In this document: positions 60,838 to 64,000 of the stretch, in pieces
How the letters are laid out: every line of letters begins with the position of its first letter
Position numbering within the stretch: position 1 is the stretch's first letter
Assembly (NCBI GenBank): GCA_964467925.1
Contig: CAYXSX010000001.1
Span: 6,870 to 70,869 of the forward strand
Direction of reading: 5' to 3'
DNA: 64,000 bases
Origin: an uncultured Pseudobdellovibrionaceae bacterium
Lineage (GTDB): Bacteria; Pseudomonadota; Alphaproteobacteria; Micavibrionales; Micavibrionaceae
Program-made: the position numbers and the translations under genes
Notes under the pieces: model-generated
Databases searched by the model: none
What the model was told of the DNA's origin: nothing
What the model saw: only the letters and a program-made list of their open reading frames with translations

Positions 60838-61368
60838 ATGATGGCAGAACAGGGACATTTCAACAGAAAGCCAAGACGCAGAGCAGAATTTATCCGCCCG
60901 CCGCATCCGCTGAAGGCCAAGGTAGGATCGGGCGGATTGAGCGAGGAGATTATTTCCAAGGCGCAAAAATTGCTGGAGAGCAGCGCGGCCGACTTTGCTC
61001 CATTGGCCAACGCGCATCTGGACGATCTAACCAAAGCCATGCAGATCGCACGTGAAAATAACGACCCGGCAAATAACGAAGCCTTGATTGAAGGCATTCT
61101 TTACCCCGCGATGCAGCTTAAGGCCAATGGCGGGCTATTCAACTTTCCGCTTGTGACAAGAACCGCCAAAGGGATGGTGGAGTTCCTCGAGGTTATCGAT
61201 GTACTCGATGCCGAAGCGATCGAGATTGTCGCCGGGTTTCATGCCACCATCAAGGCGGTCATCATGGGCCGCATTTCCGGCGACGGCGGGGAAAAAGGCC
61301 GCGAACTGGTCGATACGTTCGACAAGGCTTGCCGCTGGTATTTCGAGAAACAGAAGAAGCAGCGGTGA
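60838..61368 (+). CDS. Hypothetical helical protein, Hpt-like but lacking the canonical His
   Basis: The segment LIEGILYPAMQLKANGGLFNFPLVTRTAKGMVEFLE mirrors the Hpt pattern aHxLKGxaxxxGxxxlxxxaxxlE, with Met at the His position. 7 nt after the REC gene, with an AGGGA RBS. Confidence 0.55.
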   Translation: MMAEQGHFNRKPRRRAEFIRPPHPLKAKVGSGGLSEEIISKAQKLLESSAADFAPLANAHLDDLTKAMQIARENNDPANNEALIEGILYPAMQLKANGGLFNFPLVTRTAKGMVEFLEVIDVLDAEAIEIVAGFHATIKAVIMGRISGDGGEKGRELVDTFDKACRWYFEKQKKQR

Positions 61369-61377
61369 TGTTTTTAC

Positions 61378-61469
61378 CGTCATTGCGAGGCCTGTTAAGG
61401 CCGAAGCAATCTAGGGATACAAACGCTATTTCTGGATTGCTTCGTCGGCTTCGCCTCCTCGCAATGACG
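61378..61469. repeat. Palindromic MITE/REP-like element, type 2
   Basis: Ends CGTCATTGCGAGG/CCTCGCAATGACG. Inner AAGCAATC/GATTGCTT. Lies between convergent genes. Confidence 0.85.
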
Positions 61470-61472
61470 AAC

Positions 61473-62291
61473 TCAAGAAATCTCCGGCATTGCCTGTGAG
61501 AGCAAACCGCCAAGACGGATGGGCTGGATGTTTTTGGCAAGGCCGGTTTTATCGCTGGTTTCAATATAAACGCCGCACATCGTTCCCTCACCCTTCGCCG
61601 GAGTCATGCGCTCTCCCGGGACTTTTTTCACAAAGCGGTGAACGCCGATATCCTTGCGCACGCCGATCACGCTGTCAAAATCTCCGCTCATTCCCGCATC
61701 GGCCATAAAGGCCGTGCCGCCAGTCATGACATGATAATCTGCTGTGGGAATATGGGTATGCGTGCCGATCACGGCGGAAACGCGCCCGTCCAGATGATGG
61801 CCGAGCGACATTTTTTCTGACGTGGCCTCGCCGTGAAAATCGACGAAAATTGCGCTGACGTCACGGCCCAGTTTGTAATTTTTCAACAGCGCATCCATCG
61901 CGGCAAACGGATCGTCGATAGGCTCCATGAACAGGCGAGTCAGAAGATTGACGATCAGGATTTTCTGCCCCGCCTCGGTCTGAAATATATAAGAACCGTT
62001 GCCCGGCGTGGCTTGCGGGTAATTCAGTGGACGAATGAGTTTTTGATCGCGGTCGATATAGGGGATGATTTCGCGCTGGCTCCAAGTGTGATTGCCGAGC
62101 GTAATACAGTTCACTCCTGCCTCATAAAGCTGGGTGCAGATTTTTTCATTAATGCCCGCGCCGTTTGCCGCGTTCTCACCATTGACGATCACGACATCGG
62201 GATCAAGGGCGGCACGAATTTTCGGCAAGTGCTTTTCCACCGCCTCGCGCCCGCTGCGCCCCATCACATCGCCGATAAATACTATTTTCAT
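61473..62291 (-). CDS. ymdB: YmdB-family metallophosphoesterase (2',3'-cyclic-nucleotide phosphodiesterase-like)
   Basis: MKIVFIGDVMGRSGR, NGENAANG, GNHTW and DFHGEATSEK motifs. Confidence 0.9.
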   Translation of the reverse strand: MKIVFIGDVMGRSGREAVEKHLPKIRAALDPDVVIVNGENAANGAGINEKICTQLYEAGVNCITLGNHTWSQREIIPYIDRDQKLIRPLNYPQATPGNGSYIFQTEAGQKILIVNLLTRLFMEPIDDPFAAMDALLKNYKLGRDVSAIFVDFHGEATSEKMSLGHHLDGRVSAVIGTHTHIPTADYHVMTGGTAFMADAGMSGDFDSVIGVRKDIGVHRFVKKVPGERMTPAKGEGTMCGVYIETSDKTGLAKNIQPIRLGGLLSQAMPEIS

Positions 62292-62861
62292 TTATTGCTT
62301 TCTAAAATCATAAATCCGTTCCGGCGTCACAGCCATATTAAGACGCTGATCATGCGCCTCCAACGGCAGGTCAGACAAGCATGCCTGCGCCTCATAGGCA
62401 AGCCCGATCGCGAGTATCTCTTTTTTGGCGCGTAAATCGGCGAGCGTGGCGTCATAATATCCACCCCCCTGCCCCAGCCTTGTTCCGGTCTGATCAAAAG
62501 CAAGCAAGGGAACGATAACAATATCGGGCACAAGCAATTCCCCGCTTTCGGGATAAAAGACGCCGTGCGGTCCTTCGGCAAGCTTGGTTTCTTTCGTCCA
62601 TTTGCGAAAACTCAACACACGCCCTTCCTCCGTAATGACAGGCAGGCAGCAGCGAAACCCGCGTTGCAGCGCTTCCTCCATCAAAGGGGTAACATCGAAT
62701 TCGGAACCCGAAGGCCAGTATCCGGCGATAATGGTGGGAGAAACCGGATTAACATGGGCAAAAAACAGATCGCGCGCGGTCGTGAAAAGTGAGGGATCAT
62801 GGCCCTGCTCCGTCCGCTTGCGCCGCGCCTCTTGTCGCAATGTTTGTTTTGAATTGGTCAT
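62292..62861 (-). CDS. ygfA: 5-formyltetrahydrofolate cyclo-ligase
   Basis: 189 aa with LRQEARRKR at the N-terminus and the GQGGGYYD motif. Downstream of the putative 6S RNA, as in E. coli. Confidence 0.85.
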   Translation of the reverse strand: MTNSKQTLRQEARRKRTEQGHDPSLFTTARDLFFAHVNPVSPTIIAGYWPSGSEFDVTPLMEEALQRGFRCCLPVITEEGRVLSFRKWTKETKLAEGPHGVFYPESGELLVPDIVIVPLLAFDQTGTRLGQGGGYYDATLADLRAKKEILAIGLAYEAQACLSDLPLEAHDQRLNMAVTPERIYDFRKQ

Positions 62862-62889
62862 GATATGTGCCGCCCCTTTGCGAAGAAAG

Positions 62890-63083
62890 AGTGCCGCGAA
62901 GCCGTGTAGAGTGGTATCCGCGTGAAGCCCGGTAATACCAGGTGGGTGCCGTATACTTCAGAAATCCACCGCACAATCCCCGCTAGGGGCAGCATTGGGA
63001 TATTCAAAGCAGGGACAGATCCCTAATGCGAATGCATCGGCCTCCGGGATAAAGTTTCTATCACGAACTTCGCAGCAAGGGTG
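62890..63083 (-). ncRNA. ssrS: Putative 6S RNA (boundaries approximate)
   Basis: 247-bp ORF-free spacer between zapA and the cyclo-ligase gene (the classical zapA-ssrS-ygfA synteny). The 5' segment GCUGCGAAGUUCGUG can pair with the 3' segment CACGGCUUCGCGGC as a closing stem. TATAGT/TATAAG -10-like hexamers at 63084-63096. Confidence 0.6.
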
Positions 63084-63108
63084 CTTATATACTATAATCT
63101 GAAAAAAC

Positions 63109-63438
63109 TTAAGCTTTTTGAATACGTCCGGCGATGGCGTTAATACGCTCGGCCAGATAATCGATGCTCTCGGCGATCGCCTTTTCGTCTTCGGCAGAAT
63201 AACCGTTGGCGGCGGGAGCGCTTACAGCGCCGCCCTCGCGCAGTTCAAATATTTCATCGGCCAGTACCAGCCCGGCCAGTACCAAAAGATGCGATTCGTT
63301 AGAAGCCGCCCCGGCGCGGGCGATTTCACCGATACGGTTATCGACATATTGGCCGAGGTCGATCACGCGCTGCTCCTGCCCGTCTTCGCAGGAGATGCCG
63401 TAATTGCGTCCGTTAATGGTAAGGGTGACTTCGGCCAT
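63109..63438 (-). CDS. zapA: Cell division protein ZapA
   Basis: VTLTINGRNYGISCEDGQE and LLVLAGLVLADE, typical of ZapA. Confidence 0.9.
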   Translation of the reverse strand: MAEVTLTINGRNYGISCEDGQEQRVIDLGQYVDNRIGEIARAGAASNESHLLVLAGLVLADEIFELREGGAVSAPAANGYSAEDEKAIAESIDYLAERINAIAGRIQKA

Positions 63439-63444
63439 ATACTC

Positions 63445-63702
63445 TTATGCCTCTTCTTCTTCCTGCAAAAGCTCTTCGACCTTGTTAATGGCAAAATCGA
63501 GACGGCGGGCAATGGCCTGTGCATCCGGAAGAGAACTGACAATCGGGCCTTTCGGACGACCATCTGCATCAAGCGCCATATCGGGCCCGCCGAACATATC
63601 GCGCTGGGTTCCTGTATGACGCGCATCGAGCGTGTCCATGGCACCTTCCAGATTATCCACGACCTGTTCGAGTTTACGCAAAGATTGAATTACTGCGGCC
63701 AA
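63445..63702 (-). CDS. Small coiled-coil protein (DUF4164-like) upstream of zapA
   Basis: Coiled N-terminus (IQSLRKLEQVVDNLEGAMDTLD). TTG 63702 preceded by GGAAAAGGAAG. The longer ORF reaching 63810 has no RBS. Confidence 0.55.
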   Translation of the reverse strand: MAAVIQSLRKLEQVVDNLEGAMDTLDARHTGTQRDMFGGPDMALDADGRPKGPIVSSLPDAQAIARRLDFAINKVEELLQEEEEA

Positions 63703-63903
63703 AAGCGTCTTCCTTTTCCAGAGGTTAGGTATAACATTTAATGAATGGCCTGACGTTAGCAGTCCGCCTTGAATGCGGTCAAGCACCCGCAAGCATTTTT
63801 TACAAAACAATCACAATTTAAGTAAAAACCCTTACTTGACCTGAGCGCCGCGGCTGAGGCATTGTAGCGGTGAATTTTACCGCCCATAGATAAAGGAATA
63901 AAA

Positions 63904-64000
63904 ATGAGTATAGAAGCCGTGCGCGCCGATAAAAACCTTTCCCCTGCTCTGGATTTGAAACAAATGGCCAACGCCATTCGCGCCCTCGCCATGGATGCTG
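63904..64000 (+). CDS. tkt: Transketolase (3' partial, N-terminal 32 codons only)
   Basis: MSIEAVRADKNLSPALDLKQMANAIRALAMDA matches the transketolase N-terminus pattern (ANAIRxLxMDA). Confidence 0.75.
   Translation, partial: MSIEAVRADKNLSPALDLKQMANAIRALAMDA

Noticed and set aside
60220-61097. Two overlapping long ORFs (265 and 276 aa) antisense to the CheY-like/Hpt-like pair
   Set aside because: The plus strand encodes a textbook REC domain with an RBS-linked downstream gene. The antisense products have no motifs and overlap each other in different frames.
63118-63741. 207-aa ORF antisense to zapA and the DUF4164-like gene
   Set aside because: ZapA motifs are clear on the minus strand, and the plus-strand ORF spans two genes and their spacer.

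Overview
This window looks like a core chromosomal segment of an alphaproteobacterium, judged from gene content and synteny; the species cannot be determined from sequence alone. It is densely packed with housekeeping genes. In order: ntrY(partial)-ntrX-trkA-aminotransferase-HAD-hfq-hflX; mazG and trkH; MBL-tatD-metG-holB-tmk-DD-carboxypeptidase-rlpA-lytic transglycosylase; tRNA-Ser(UGA); a small RR/HK/EF-hand/CBS islet; pyrC; rplU-rpmA-obgE-proB; pepN-rnhB-ccrM-folB; mutY; DUF721-efp-suhB-OmpA-like-dsbA-like-smc-atpI-atpB-atpE-atpF'-atpF; proA-nadD-rsfS-rlmH-M23 peptidase-ctpA-yibQ-like-rppH; tolB-tolA-tolR-tolQ-ybgC-ruvB-ruvA-(orphan)-ruvC-(orphan)-yebC; a CheY-like/Hpt-like pair; ymdB, 5-formyl-THF cyclo-ligase, a putative 6S RNA, zapA and the start of tkt. 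I found no defence island, prophage, CRISPR array or secretion system. Seven things are worth a second look. (1) A family of 78-117 bp palindromic MITE/REP-like elements with GTCAT...ATGAC ends has 8 copies; two sit in frame inside conserved genes (pepN and rnhB), as Rickettsia palindromic elements do. (2) Eight GANTC sites fall within 111 bp directly upstream of the ccrM methyltransferase gene. (3) An AT-rich, rare-codon orphan with protein-kinase-like motifs lies antisense between ruvC and ruvA, and a second AT-rich orphan lies between ruvC and yebC. (4) A probable serine-recombinase C-terminal relic abuts tRNA-Ser, next to an EF-hand/two-component/CBS cluster. (5) A CheY-like receiver with an Arg-rich tail is paired with an Hpt-like protein that lacks the canonical His. 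(6) The zapA-ssrS-ygfA synteny implies a 6S RNA. (7) Two synteny breaks (proB|proA, and tolB without pal) each have a palindromic element at the junction. All functional calls rest on motif recognition and recalled family knowledge; no searches were run.
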